Assembly (NCBI GenBank): GCA_951406725.2 | Contig: OX597837.1 | Span: 4,526,001-4,590,000, forward strand | Direction of reading: 5' to 3' | From: Octopus vulgaris | Lineage: Eukaryota | DNA: 64,000 nt | In this document: piece by piece, positions 1 to 16,688 of the stretch | Layout: the number at the start of each line of letters is the position of its first letter | Numbering within the stretch: position 1 is the stretch's first letter | Made by a program: the position numbers and the translations under genes | The notes under the pieces: generated by a model | What the model saw: only the letters and a program-made list of their open reading frames with translations | Told to the model about the DNA's origin: nothing | Database searches by the model: none

Positions 1-660
1 GGGGAAAATATTGTTCTGTTTCATAAACCTGTGTGTTTTCTCCACGAGGATTGATGGTAAAATTTTATACGTGGTAGATAGATATGCTATGGGCCGATAG
101 ATTTGCGGAAATTTGGTTTCATTATTCTTTGGGAGTAGGTAAGTAATACATCTTGCCAACTTATCAGGTGTTTTCATATGATCTTTCATAATTTCATAAT
201 TTTGGTTGTCAATAGTTGCGGTGTTTGCTAGGGTACTCTACCGTTACGTTAATACTCTGGTGGATAGAGCTAGCTATCTGCTGGATGCTCTCCATGATGC
301 TAACTTCAAGTTCATATACATTCTCTTGCAGGGACGCATTTGCCATTTTGCTGCTATCATTTACATAACGGAAGTATGTGGTTAGGGTTATGGAGCTCTC
401 CGCTAATCGTTCTTTGAAGTTCCTATCCCACTATGTCATAAATGGGTTTGCCACATCCCCAGCGACCCCGACGCTGATGAATGAATCTTCTTCTTGTGTG
501 TATATCTTGTTATTAAACTTGAGCATTTAACCCTTCAATGTGACTTTAGTACTTGCAGCTACCACATGTGCATCCATTTTTCTCGCCTGGTCCTAGATAT
601 TTGACCATCCATGTCATTTGGACATATTTTCTATGGTTGTCGGAAGAGATTCGGTTACTT
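1..660 (-). mobile_element. Decayed Penelope-like element, reverse transcriptase fragment
   Basis: Minus-strand translation gives KFNNKIYTQEE..VGVAGDVANPFMT*WDRNFKE and MESIQQIASSIHQSINVTVEYPSKH, which resemble PLE RT motif B and the downstream region. Stops and frameshifts are present. Confidence 0.65.
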
Positions 661-869
661 TTTAATTCTATAAACTGATATAGTAGAAGCTCTCAGAAAC
701 TCATGTTTTACAAATAAGTAAATACGCCACCATATAAAGAAATTTAATACCTACTTCATGTAGCTTGGGGAACTTTCTCACAAGTTTATACAAAGGAAAT
801 CTTACGAATTATAAAACTTATTTTGTCGGAAAGCATAAGTGAGATAGCACTTTCGTCAAGAAACAGAAG

Positions 870-1132
<263 letters not shown>

Positions 1133-1421
1133 TGCGTTCATACTAAGTACTTGTGACATGTTATATCAGTACTTGTAATTTAGCTGACAATGTTATATTA
1201 TAGCTCGACAAGACACCTTCTAAGTTTGTTTCCATCTCTGTTGCATTACTTCAGCATGCTGTTTCTGTCAACGAGAAGGAGTGGCATACCTCGATGACAT
1301 CCACACACCCCACTCTCACATAACATAGACAATACACATAACATGCAGGAATAATGTACGTAACTCACAGATAGTATTCATAACATCATATAATATACGT
1401 AATGCAATTTACTTAATACAC

Positions 1422-1580
1422 TGGCGTGGCTGTGAGGTAAGAAGCTTGCTTCCGAAACACATAGTTTTGGGTTCAGTACCACTGCGTGGCATCTTGGACG
1501 TGCGTTTTCTGCTAAAGCCTTCGGCCAACCAAAACCTTATAATTAAAAAAGGTAGACGGAAATTGAACGAAGCCTATCGT

Positions 1581-1582
<2 letters not shown>
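1422..1582 (+). mobile_element. tRNA-derived CORE-type SINE (family 1), 5' half only
   Basis: A-box-like TGGCTGTGAGGTAAG and B-box-like GGGTTCAGTACC; similar to 1625-1780 and 43323-43490. Confidence 0.75.
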
Positions 1583-1624
<42 letters not shown>

Positions 1625-1777
1625 TGGCTGTGTGGTAAGTAGCTTACTAACCAACCAATTGGTTCCGGGTTCAGTCCCACTGCGTGGCATCTTGGGCAAG
1701 TGACTTCCGCTATAGCCCCGGGCCGACCAATGCCTTGTGAGTGGATTTGGTAGACGGAAACTGAAAGAAGCCTGTCG

Positions 1778-1837
<60 letters not shown>

Positions 1838-2030
1838 TCCCCCTAGCATTACTTGACAACAGATGCTGGTGTGTTTACGTCCCCGTCACTTAGCGGTCGG
1901 CAAAGATACCGATAGACTAAGTAAGGGCTTACAAAGAATAAATCCCGGTGTCGATTTGCTCGACTAAAGGCGGTGCTCCAGCATGGCCGCAGTCAAATGA
2001 CTGAAACAAGTAAAAGAGTAAAAAAAAAGA
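1625..2030 (+). mobile_element. tRNA-derived CORE-type SINE (family 1) with internal (TA)n(TG)n and LINE-derived 3' tail
   Basis: TGGCTGTGTGGTAAG, GGGTTCAGTCCC, core-like CTTGGGCAAGT, and tail GGCGGTGCTCCAGCATGGCCGCAGTCAAATGACTGAAAC; several copies in the window. Confidence 0.85.
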
Positions 2031-2432
2031 GTATATATAAATTTTGTGAAAATTGTAAAATGTACATTTCACATCTCTCTAACTCCGAAACGCGTTTACA
2101 GTTAATCAAACCCGAGCGGAAACGTTATAAAAAACTTTGTTTTCTCTTTACCTGCGTGAGTTGTTGAGTATTGTTGTCTGGGAGATTTTGTTATGGAAGT
2201 GAAAAAGAGTAGTTTTAATTGCTATTTCTGAATTTAGGTATGCGTTGAAGCAAACTTTTGCTGAACCCTAATTATAATTATATTCATAATTATAAAATTT
2301 TTGAATAAGTTTACCGATAATGGTTCATTTAACATACTGAACTACTTATAAAATTATTAATTATTAATTAATGAATTAACTTTACTCTTTATTATGGATT
2401 GTACATAAATACATACATACGTACATACATAC

Positions 2433-5264
<2,832 letters not shown>

Positions 5265-5299
5265 ACTTTTTTCAGGCTTTTTTCATTGGTAGAATGGGA

Positions 5300-6200
5300 A
5301 TATATAGAATTTGGGGCCCACATAGACTCATGCGCTAAAGACTAAAACCCCATATTCTATATATTCCCCTTCTACCAATGTAAAGACGGCATCACCACAC
5401 AGGAGAGAATTAACAAGGAGAATCTCTTTATTGAAAAATTCCAAACACAACTTAATATACAAATTCCTCGTTGATCAAACTTCCCTTTTCTACCTCATTC
5501 TTCATGGATGGACTCACACAAATATATAAGGATACCATAGATTCATCACATCAAGCAAAAACTTATACTCTTTAAATATCATTTTTACTATTGTTGTTAC
5601 TACCATCATCTTTATTATTTATGATATAACAATCTGAAATGCAATTGTCTATGCAAATTTATATAATTAGAAAATAATATAAATAAAGTGTTAAAATCTG
5701 AAAGTTAAATTAACAAACAATTATATAAAAAAGATAATGCAAATGAAGCTAAAATGACAATTTGGGGTTTATCAGCAGCTTTTACTGAAGAACTCAAAAG
5801 AGTTGTCTCCCCTTATCCACAACACAGGAACTGAAGAACCACAATTACTACTACTTCCTGTTTTGCCAACATCCTAAATTAAACCAAACAACACATGGCC
5901 TTAATCCCATTGGATCCTAATACCTCAAGGTAATTTTTTCATGAACAATCATTAAACTCAAGATACACAACGAACTCACAATGTATCGGAGTACTTATTT
6001 TTTAATTTTTATACATATTTACTACTATTATTCTTTTGCAAAAAACAATGCAATTTTTTTTCTCCTTTCTCATTTTTAAAAACCTTTTCACCTAACTATT
6101 TTTGATAAGTCAAACTATGACGAAAACCGGTTTGAATAAATATATATTTATATATTTTTTCATTTTCTCAATTCATTAAAATGTTCTTTCAATCGAGCAT
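5300..6200 (+). mobile_element. Decayed PLE 3' end (GIY-YIG C-terminus and pLTR with relic hammerhead)
   Basis: About 5340-5460 reads PFYQCKDGITTQERINKENLFIEKFQTQLN. A relic TTGATAA-gtca/tgac-GAAA-accggt lies at about 6097-6138. Confidence 0.5.
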
Positions 6201-6225
6201 TCTGCATTTTTACAATTTTTCATTG

Positions 6226-6256
<31 letters not shown>

Positions 6257-6261
<5 letters not shown>

Positions 6262-6445
6262 AGAGTTTACGAAAATAACAAAAGACGAAGACAGGTGATG
6301 TACAAAACAAACAGATGTATTAGTATAACGCTCAGGAATACAAAAAGTATTTCACGCTTCGAGCCTACGCTCTTCTACAGAAAGGGACGCAGAAAAAAAC
6401 AAGGATAGAAAAATATGTGTGTAGTGTCTAACGATCTATCATGGC
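6257..6445 (-). mobile_element. PLE pLTR-end fragment next to (TA)n
   Basis: Similar to 55625-55690; relic gagcgtaggctc-GAAg-cgt motif on the minus strand at about 6350-6385. Confidence 0.5.
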
Positions 6446-6455
6446 GAGTGTATGT

Positions 6456-6486
<31 letters not shown>

Positions 6487-6814
6487 ACCACTTGACAACT
6501 GGTGTTAGTGTGTACAACTGGAATGTGACCACCTGTCTGTTAATTAAACGTTCTAAGAAGAAGGAATTAAAGTTTTACTTATTTTTGTCGTGCGTGGGTT
6601 ACGAAAAACTCCAGACATGTTCTCACCACCAAACAGAAGATGAACACAAACTTCAAATTCGAAATTTCTATTCACATTTGACGAGATAAAATCCATCGTC
6701 GACGCCGGTATTATTTTCCATTGTTTGTATATAAATATTTTTAAATCCTTTTATAAAATTCTTTTATAATTCATAATGTTTTAGATTTATTTCTGCGGTG
6801 CTTTTCCCCTCCAT

Positions 6815-6858
<44 letters not shown>

Positions 6859-7161
6859 CATATACATACATACATACATACATACATACATACATACATA
6901 CATACATACATACATACATACATGCAAGTGCAGCTCTAGAAAAACCCAAGTTTTCACAAGTTGTTTTGTCATGAATACATATAGCGTTTATAAATTATGG
7001 AAAATCTAATAATGAAAACAAAAGCAAAGAATACGTGTTGCAATTTTTAAATGACTTGGCGACAAACAGAAAGTTCGGTGGAGAAAAAAAGCGGATGGAA
7101 CAGAGAAAAGGAGAAAAGAAAGTGGAATTGAAACAATGAACGAACAAAAAAACCGGAGCAC

Positions 7162-7402
7162 TAGATAGATACACAGATAGGTAGGTAGGTAGGTAGGTAG
7201 ATAGATAGATAGATAGGTAGGTAGATAGAAAGATAGATAGATAGATATATAGATAGATAGATATATAGGTAGATAGATAGATAGATTGATAGATAAATAA
7301 ATACATACATACATAGACAGATAGATAGGTAGATAAATATATACATACATACATAGACAGATAGATAGATAGATAAATACATGCATAGACAGACAGACAG
7401 AC

Positions 7403-7462
<60 letters not shown>

Positions 7463-7475
7463 TGACAGACAGACA
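7162..7475. repeat. (GATA)n/(GGTA)n/(GACA)n tetranucleotide tract
   Basis: Directly visible. Confidence 0.95.
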
Positions 7476-7694
7476 GATATATACATAGAGAGAGAAAGAG
7501 AGGACGAGGAAGAGAGAGGTATCAAAGATAGTATTATTTATGTAATTTTCCATTTTCATAATACATTTTCCTTCTATGTTTTGTCTCTCTCAGCCTTCTA
7601 TCTTAGCATTTTTCCTTCCAACATAACAGAAACAATGGAATTTAATGAAAAAAATGACACACTTTCGCATTTCATATCTTGGTTTTCAAGTTTT

Positions 7695-7890
7695 GGCACA
7701 GGGCGAGCAAGTTCCGAGGGAGAGGTTGAGTTGATTACATCGACCCCAATGCACGGCTGGAACTTCTTTCATCGAAATCAAAAGAGAGAAAGACGAGAAT
7801 GACCACCTGGAATTTGAACTCAGAATGTAAAGATGGATGAAATGACAAGAAGTATTTCGTCTGGTGTGCTACCGATTCTGCCAGATCGAC
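7695..7890 (-). mobile_element. Decayed tRNA-derived SINE (family 2)
   Basis: GATTACATCGACCCC and GGAATTTGAACTCAGAATGTAA blocks shared with the copies at 14195-14404 and 27290-28470. Confidence 0.6.
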
Positions 7891-8080
7891 GCGGTTGCAT
7901 TTCATACATCGAAATTCTTTTGACATGCATATGTGTCAGCCAATTGAAATGGACACACACACGGACACACACATATACACGCACACATACATACATAACT
8001 ATACGCAAACATACAAACAAAATTATTAATATTTAACACACGAACAAATCTACACCTATATATATATATATATATATATA

Positions 8081-8449
8081 CTAGCAGTATCGCCCGGCGT
8101 TGCTCGGGTTTGTAAGGGAAATAACTATAAAGCATTTTTAGAGAGTTATAGCCAAAAACTGGAAAAAAACCGATTGTAAATTTTTTTAGTTAAAAAGGTC
8201 GAGTTGCGTCCCCTAGACAGTCTGTGGTTTGTGTTTCTGATTCTCGACCCCATGCCGAATTTATCGATTTTTTTCAGAACTGGGGGAACTTTTCAAAATT
8301 TTCGCTGCGTTAGTTTTGAATTATGACATTGGGCTATGTGTGTGTCAAGTTTCATCAGAATCGGTTGAAAGCCGTGGTCAGGGTGAGGGTACAACCTAAC
8401 AGACACACAGAAACACACACAGACAAACTGCCGTTTATATATAGAGAGA
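8081..8449 (-). mobile_element. Non-autonomous Helitron
   Basis: Minus strand reads A|TCTCTCTATATATAAA...CCCGAGCAACGCCGGG (hairpin)...CTAG|T: canonical 5'-TC, subterminal hairpin, 3'-CTAG, AT target and no TSD. Confidence 0.8.
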
Positions 8450-8653
8450 TTAAATTAGAGATAAACCTACTATTATGCAACTCAAACAATATAAATTTAT
8501 ATTTATATTGTGAAATTTGATTTAATCCTAAATTCAATTTTTCCCTGTAAGTTTCGATATACTCCCTAATAATATTATTATTATTAGTAGTAGTAGTAGT
8601 AGTAGTAGTATTGTTGTTGTTGTTGTTGTTGTTAATATTATTATTATTATTAT

Positions 8654-8705
<52 letters not shown>

Positions 8706-11142
8706 GTATGTTTAGATAAATACATACATGCAAGCATATATATATATATATAAGGACGTCTTTTGTTTATGTCCTGTAGTTTGTAACTGTGTACAATTTC
8801 TCTGTTATTTCGTCTTTGTTTTCGTGTACATTCGGTTGCTTTCTTCCAAGGAATCTAGTGCTCCTAGGTTAGATTTTCTTGTGTTCGGCCAGATTGGAGC
8901 AGACTCGAGTGTAACTGGCCGAAACTGCCGAGAAATCTGGAACTCGACTAAGGATAGAAAACATTGAATGACTCGTCCTTGTTTTTCCAGTCCTTTTTTG
9001 TATCGTCTAATTGTACGGATGGCTTGTTGTCGCCTGTTACATTCTTGTTCCATTTTTTGTTTTCTTTTGTATATATATATATATATGTATATATATATGA
9101 GAGTTTGAATGTGTGTGTATGTGTGTGTGTGTATGTGTGTGTGTGCATGTGTGTGTGTGTGTATGTGTGTGTGTGTGCGTTTGTTCCTGATGCATTCCAA
9201 AACCGAGTTGCCGATTTTGATGTATGGGGTATCAAAAGACTCAAGAATATTACCGCTACTTACTAAACATTATTTTCATTGACATATTCCTACAAAAATA
9301 GAAAATTACAATGTTTTCCATAACTCAACTATCGTAGGCATTTTATACGACGACGACGATGATGACGTCATATTTTCTATATGGGTGTGTACATTAAAAG
9401 TCATCCATCATTACGACACACACCTTCAGTCACTCACTCTATCTCTCTCTCTCCCGGACACACACACACGTCCATTTCATATACAAGTACATAATCTTAT
9501 TTTTACGGAATGAACGAATGAAACACAGAATGAGAAAAAGACAGAGACAAGCGAAAGAAACAGAGACAGGAAACAAGCTTCTATTGAAGCTGAAAGACGG
9601 ATGGCGGATGAGTGACAGACGCTGATGTTTCATATCCTGTGTTCTATAGTTGAAAGTGAAAGAAAGCCAGCTCAAAATTGATACTGTATTTTCTATGGGC
9701 AAAGGTGAAAGAAAGCGGCACAATGAGAGGGGAAAGCGGGAGAGAAGGCGATGCGAAGAACCTCAAAAATGAGGTCGTGTCGTACAATTTTAAGGTCATC
9801 TTCCCTTTCGTCCCACGTTTCACGCGTGTGTAGGATTAGACATTATCTTTCTCTGTCAACTTCTTATTATAACATACGGAGGCCTGCTGTTAACATTTTA
9901 CAACTTCACTAAATTTCCTTCTTTTGGAATTAAGAAAGGTATGTAAAAATAACTCTGAGAGAGAGAGTGAAACGTGTGAGTACCACTTACACACACATGC
10001 AAAAATTTCATACAGCGCAACACACACCTTCACTCAGTTACTCACTCTCTCTCTTTCTCACACACGTCCATTTCATATACACGTACATATACATCTTTCA
10101 CTTTCTCCTCTCACTTCAAAGTAAATGTCTCCTTTTCACTTTCTCCTCTCTTTCAATTTATGCTCCCTTCAAAGCATAAAGAAATTAAAATAATTTCACG
10201 GAAATTAACGAACAGTCATATGATTCCATATATTTCGTGTTGACAACTTTGCTTCTTCATCCGAAAGAATGCCACAAAATAACTTCCTTTGACACACACA
10301 CATACACATATACATATACACACACTCACACACATTCACACACTCTAGGTAAAACTTCTGTATGAATTATATTAGTTTCTATGTGCGTATGTGTCTGTCA
10401 GTGTCTGTATATGTTTGCGCGTTCCTTACGTACAGTAAGGTCGATGACTGAAAAATATATATTTGAGAATGTATGTCCTTGTGAGTATACATGCATTTAT
10501 ATCAGGATTCACATACACACACACACACATACACACACACACACGCGCACATGTGTCTATATATATGTATATGGCTGTATGTCAGAGTCTACGTGTGTGC
10601 GAGTGGACGTGAGATAATTTTTCTGAAACGCGCTGATTTTGAAAGAATTGCCGCCTGGACGTTGAACTAACAATAGTTTTCATTTCCAATTACCCCCGTT
10701 TGCGTTTTTATCTTCATCATGGACAGCTGTTGCGGTTTAAACAATATAAACGACTTTCACTGATGTGGTGAAATATTATTCTAGCTTTTATAACCAACAT
10801 GAAGATTTTGCTGGTTTAACAGCACTCACGACACGCAAGTATATCTGGAAATAAAATGTTATTCTGGTTATAATGGCAAATTCGGAAGCTTGGCGAAGTA
10901 GGACGCCTTACCGGCTCTTTCAATATGATTACAGAAATGTCGTTCCAGTCCTCATAACCAGTTCGAAGATAATGCTTTTTTCATTAACGTTCAAAATTGC
11001 AACATGCTCCTTTCTGCACACTGTGTTCAGCGTTCGTTTCAAAATTGGAAAATAATTTAAAATTTTTGTATGACAAATTGAATTATGCCTTCTGAATTTT
11101 CTTGGAGCTTCACTTTTTTCCCCGTGATATTCAATCTTGTAT

Positions 11143-11529
11143 GTGGAGGCGCAATGGCCCAGTGGTTAGGGCAGCGGACTCGCGGTCATAGGATCGCGGT
11201 TTCGATTCCCAGACCGGGCGTTGTGAGTGTTTATTGAGCGAAAACACCTAAAAGGTCCACGAGGCTCCGGCAGGGGATGGTGGTGATCCCTGCTGTACTC
11301 TTTCACCACAACTTTCTCTCACTCTTACTTCCTGTTTCTGTTGTACCTGTATTTCAAGGGGCCGGCCTTGTCACTCTCTGTGTCACGCTGAATATCCCCG
11401 AGAACTGCGTTAAGGGTGCACGTGTCTGTGGAGTGCTCAGCCACTTACACGTTAATTTCACGAGCAGGCTGTTCCGTTGATTCGGATCAACCGGAACCCT
11501 CATCGTCGTAACCGACGGAGTGCTTCCAC
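11143..11529 (+). mobile_element. Full-length tRNA-derived SINE (family 3, tail type A)
   Basis: A-box TGGCCCAGTGG and B-box-like GGTTTCGATTCC; 11-bp TSD CAATCTTGTAT at 11132-11142 and 11530-11540. Confidence 0.9.
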
Positions 11530-12419
11530 CAATCTTGTATTTCATTACATTTCGTACACGTTCCAAATAAATGTTGACTTTCTTTACTTTGTTACATTAG
11601 TGACACACAGAAATTTTGGAAGATTCATTTATTTTTCATTTCAGTAGCAAAAAGCTTTTAGAAAATATCCCATGGATCAAGGTGAGAGAAGCAAATTCAT
11701 GAATACAGTGGTGAATATAGTTTCAATGTGGAAAACAATTAAGGGCGATTTAGCTGTTGTTTTTAGCACATCAATACTGGGACTTTCTCAATATCATTAT
11801 TATAAGACATGATAGGAAAACAGTGTTCCAACATGTGTAACATTTTTGTTTACTCATTTTATGGCTTGGAGGTGAAAAAGGAAGTCTTTCCCTTATTTCC
11901 ATTACACTCAAGCAAAAAAATTATTTATGAATTTCTTTCTCTTCGAAAGTCTCCTCCCCTCACCATCGGAAAAATTTCCCAACAAATTCTTCATAATCAA
12001 ATCTAGGCTGTTTGAAAGGTATTTATATAAAATTTCACTAAAAGATATTCATTTCCGTAAAAGTTATGAAGGAAACATCGGATTTTGTAAATTTTCCGAA
12101 ATCCGCCCACTACACCGCGATGGCGCAAATTTTTGTTTTCTTATTCGTTTAATACATATTTTTTCACACCTATTATTCTTTTTGCTTTTTGTTTTGGTGG
12201 CCGGGTATTTAACCTGAAGATTAACCGATTACTTTTGCTAAATTAGTGAGTTTCGAATACTGGAATATTTCTTTTCGAAATATTCCCTAATAAAAATCTT
12301 TATAACCATAACTATACTACAGGAAGTATGTTTTGCACCTATATTGACGTACATTTCGTTTCGCTAGAATTTCGTGTGTGTAGATTTTGCTGTTAAAATT
12401 TAACCTCCTTCCAGTCTTA

Positions 12420-12745
12420 CATTTTCTGGTATTACAGCTATCTTCCTCAATGCGCGAGGAACTGCTCATTCCATGTTCAAGCTCCCTCTAAATCATGCAA
12501 TGAAAGAATCTCAAACACTGCAATGGCAACGATTTTTCAACAAACTTGTTTCATTGTTTGGGATGCGGGCACTGTCGTATCGTGAAGCTTTAGAGGTACT
12601 CGATCGTGCCCTCCAAAATATAATAACAAAACAATAGCACCCTTATGAGGGGTATAACAGTTCTTGCAGGAGATGAGGTCAATGCATGATTGAAAAAATT
12701 GTACCTTTGGAGACACGCGTAAAAACTTCATCTTACCAGCAACAT
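12420..12745 (+). pseudogene. Relic of Helitron PIF1-type helicase
   Basis: Translates with frameshifts as GITAIFLNARGTAHSMFKLPL..FQQTCFIVWDA..EALEVLDRALQNI..GITVLAGDEVNA*LKKLYLWRH, matching Helitron RepHel helicase motifs Ia-III. Confidence 0.7.
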
Positions 12746-13318
12746 GGCTGTATTTCTACAAGGTGATCATAAAAGCTTCTTAAAATTGGTTATGGGTTGA
12801 TTAACATTCAACTCTAGACTTCAGCTACATGAAATTACATACAGTCAAATAATTTCTCTTAGGGATCTTTCCTAATTTCTCTGTTAATTACATTGATGTA
12901 ACTTACATCATGTAATTTCACATCATGTAATTTCACTAAGTTCACTCAGTAGTTAAATGCCATTATGAAAACGCAGTAAATCTGAATCACTCTAGTACTT
13001 TACTTTTCCCTGATGAAGGAGGCAGTATCCATTAATGGATATAAATATCCTTTATTTGACTGGACAACTGGACACCCAGAAACGGCTATCGGATTATTAA
13101 TACCCGAACCACTTATGCTTTACTTTTTTCTCGACTCAACTTTTTAACTCGTTATATTGTGTCATTTATATTCTGCAAGTCGATCTATATATGTATTTAT
13201 ATTTTCAATATATTTTAAATGTATTTATATATTTATATATTTATGTATTTACATATTTGTAATGTATTCATAAGTCTTTATATTTTTATTATATTTCTAT
13301 ATCTATATATCTTTATTA

Positions 13319-13623
13319 AGTGGAGGCGCAATGGCCCAGTGGTTAGAGCAGCGGACTCGCGGTCGTAGGATCGTGGTTTCGATTCCCAGACCGGCCGTTG
13401 TGAGTGTTTATTGAGCGAAAAAACCTTAAAGCTCCGCGAGGCTCCGGCAGGGGTGGTGATCCCTGCTGTACTCTTTCACCACTCTTTCTCTCATTCCTTC
13501 TTCTATTGGCCTGCTCGCTTAGCCAGTGGGGTGGCGTTATTCGAAGGCTAAAAAACAATGAGAACGCATTGTGACCAGCGATGTGCAACAATATCTGATG
13601 GTCTGGTCTTTTAAAAAAAAAAA
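13319..13623 (+). mobile_element. tRNA-derived SINE (family 3 head, tail type B)
   Basis: Same first ~170 bp as the 11143 copy, a different 3' half and an A-tail; 12-bp TSD ATATCTTTATTA at 13307-13318 and 13624-13635. Confidence 0.85.
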
Positions 13624-13890
13624 ATATCTTTATTATAGTTATGTATCTATATAGTTTTAATACGTTTGATGTATTAAATATTTTTTAGAAATTCATACAT
13701 AATGGTTCTATGGTTGAATATATGTATTACTAGCTTAAAAACCACCCTATCATACAAATATTTATTTGTAGCAGCTGCTACATATCTAAACTCTTGTTCG
13801 TATTTTGAAGGAAAATTACGACACTGGTGCTAAACACTAGTTTAAAGTGTGACTTTGGTCTAAAGGTATTTGGCCATAAAGATTTTTGAA

Positions 13891-14404
13891 ATTTAGTATA
13901 TTCTTAGTATTTTCTTAAATAATAGTAAAATAGATCCGGCAAATTTAATTAATATCCGAAAGAATATTAAGTTTCAAGCATTTTTATGACAGGTAATAGT
14001 CTTTTCTGCTATAGGCACAAGGCCCGAAAATTTTGGGGAGAGGGGCCAATCGATTACACCAACCTCAGTACGCAACTGGTACTTAATTTAGTATATTTTT
14101 AGTATTTTCTTAAGTAATAGTAAAATAGATCCGGCAAATTTAATTAATATCCAAAAGAATATTAAGTTTCAAGCATTTTTTTGACAGGTAATACTCTTTT
14201 CTGCTATAGGCACAAGGCCCGAAAATTTTGGGGAGAGGGGCCAATCGATTACACCGACCTCAGTACGCAACCGGTACTTAATTTATCGAAACGATGAAGG
14301 GCAAAATCAACCTCGGCGGAGTTTGAATTCAGAACGTAAAGACAGACAAAATATCGCTAAGCAATTCACTCGGCGTGCTAATGGTTTTGCCAGCTCGCCG
14401 CCTT
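13891..14404 (-). mobile_element. Family 2 SINE with a 195-bp local tandem duplication of its 3' end plus flank
   Basis: TAGATCCGGC at 13931 and 14126 (period 195); SINE head GGCGAGCTGGCAAAACC on the minus strand near 14400. Confidence 0.8.
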
Positions 14405-14601
14405 TATGAGAAGTAATATTGCATAGGAGAGTGAGTTTAGTACGTATTACAGTTCTGAACGATATGAAGCACTTGTTGTGGTTAGATTACTTGATAGAGT
14501 TATAAGTTTTTGAGAAATATATTTTCAAAATATTAGGATTATATGTGAATTCATTTAACTAACTTGTTTCATATTTCGATAGTAATCCAACTCTTCAGTC
14601 T

Positions 14602-14654
<53 letters not shown>

Positions 14655-14762
14655 GTTATGTCATTTTTTATGTTCTATTTATACTTATATCTGCACACAT
14701 ACATGTGTACACATATAATTATATGCAAATGTGTACATATACATATATATTATACATGCATA

Positions 14763-14805
<43 letters not shown>

Positions 14806-14846
14806 GTATATATATACATATATATACACACACATATATATATATG

Positions 14847-14877
<31 letters not shown>

Positions 14878-16412
14878 GTATGTATGTATGTGTGTGTATT
14901 ACTTAGTATAGAAATTTTTAGTACAATGTTAATGATAATATATTTAAATTTATATTTTATTATTGATAATATCTTTCTTTATTAATTGAATTACTTTATG
15001 GAGGTTTTATCTCTTAATTCTATATATATACATACACACACACACACATATATATATGTCCCTTCCAGGACAGCGGCATTATGTTGGCAAATAGCCTTTC
15101 CTTTAAAGAATTGTTACTGAATATCTCCCTTTGAAAGATTTAGAAATAATATTGTTTATATATATATAATATTATTTGGTTCATCTAATACAATTATTCC
15201 AATTTAGAGGAGAAAAGCTTAAGAAAAAAATTGGGAACAAACTATCTCATGTGTATAATAATTTTCAAGATTTTTTTTTATCTGTTTACTTGTATATTTA
15301 CATACAATGGTTTGTAATTTGTTTGTTTCCCTAATTTAGTTTATTCCTAGTTTTTTTTTTCCGTAAGTCTTTCTCTTCTCAATTGAATAAATTGCATTCG
15401 ATGAACCAAATCTATAGCCATTCCTTAACTCATAGTAAGTAGCAATCATTTAGTACTTCCTGTTTTCGCTTTGGTATGTCCATAAATGAATTTATTCCTA
15501 GATCTTATTTTACCATTCACCTATATATGAATACCTACTTCTAGTTTTGAGAGCTTTATATTTAAATATTTATACATTCGACTATTTAATTTTCATTTTT
15601 AAATTGTACTTTAACTTACTGAACTGACTCATATCTAAGCACTTATTCTCATTTTATTATCGTATTTTATTTCCTATTTTTGTATCTATTTATTTATTTA
15701 TGTTAAATATCATATCTCCGTATCTTAGCAACTAAACATATTTACCTCCGTTGTTTCACTATATCAACGCTGCATATCTAAAATCTTTATATTAAAGTTT
15801 GTCCTATAGCTCTTTATCTTTACTAGTCTAGACCAATAATAACATTTTAAGGGATGGAAGGTAATAACTTATAATTCTTTATTCATTTATATTTTATTTC
15901 TCGTTCTCTATTTTCACTCTACTCTATCTGTTTTATGTATTTAATTTAATTTATTCATTTTTATTTATAGTTTATATCTACTATAACATTGAGTAAATGT
16001 TCTTATATATCTTTTAAGTATTTCAATTTTTTAGTAAGTTATTTATTTCCTAATAGTCGTCCACCGTAACCATACATTAGCAACTATACATATTTGAATT
16101 AAACTCCACATACTAAATTTATATTGATTTAATAAGAATAGATATATTAGCACAATATGACATTTTTACCAATTATATCTACTTGAGTTTTATCATACCT
16201 AACACACCGGATAAATATATTGTTTTACGAATTTTATTGCATTGGATAAAATCTTGCGTGCAGTGTGTAAAAATGTGCGTGTCGGGTCTCATATGCTTGG
16301 GGGTATATGTTGGGGTGGTAGGAGACACCACCCTTCTCACAGCAACCACAAATTGGTTTTGTTAATCCGCCTCCGACAACAGAGAGCAATCGCCATAATT
16401 CCCTTCCATATC

Positions 16413-16503
16413 AGCTAACTCTGACGAGCGTAAGGTTATACGGTCGGATTGTTACCACACATTCCATTATATTCCTTATGCGAAACCGACTGGTGAGATC
16501 AGC
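16413..16503 (+). ncRNA. Degenerate type I hammerhead ribozyme
   Basis: CTGACGA-gcgtaagg...ccttatgc-GAAA-ccgactgg-TG with an 8-bp stem II. The cleavage triplet is GUG (non-canonical) and stem I is weak. Confidence 0.55.
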
Positions 16504-16612
16504 CGTGCTGGATATATAATACTGCGCATTTCGGATAATATACCTACTTTATTGACAGATATAAGAATATATCTTCTGTTTGACTTATGGTCTCTCAGAC
16601 AACTCACGCACG

Positions 16613-16688
<76 letters not shown>

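Noticed and set aside
6632-6675. CAGAAGA-t-gaa..ttc-GAAA motif
   Set aside because: Core mismatch and no stem III pairing.
8868-8940. Hammerhead-like ggccag..ctggcc-GAAA with an agatttt/gaaatct stem
   Set aside because: The CUGANGA core and UH site are absent; too degenerate to call.
11143-11220. tRNA gene (also 13320 and other SINE heads)
   Set aside because: The tRNA-like head continues into a shared SINE body with TSDs; no proper acceptor stem or terminator.
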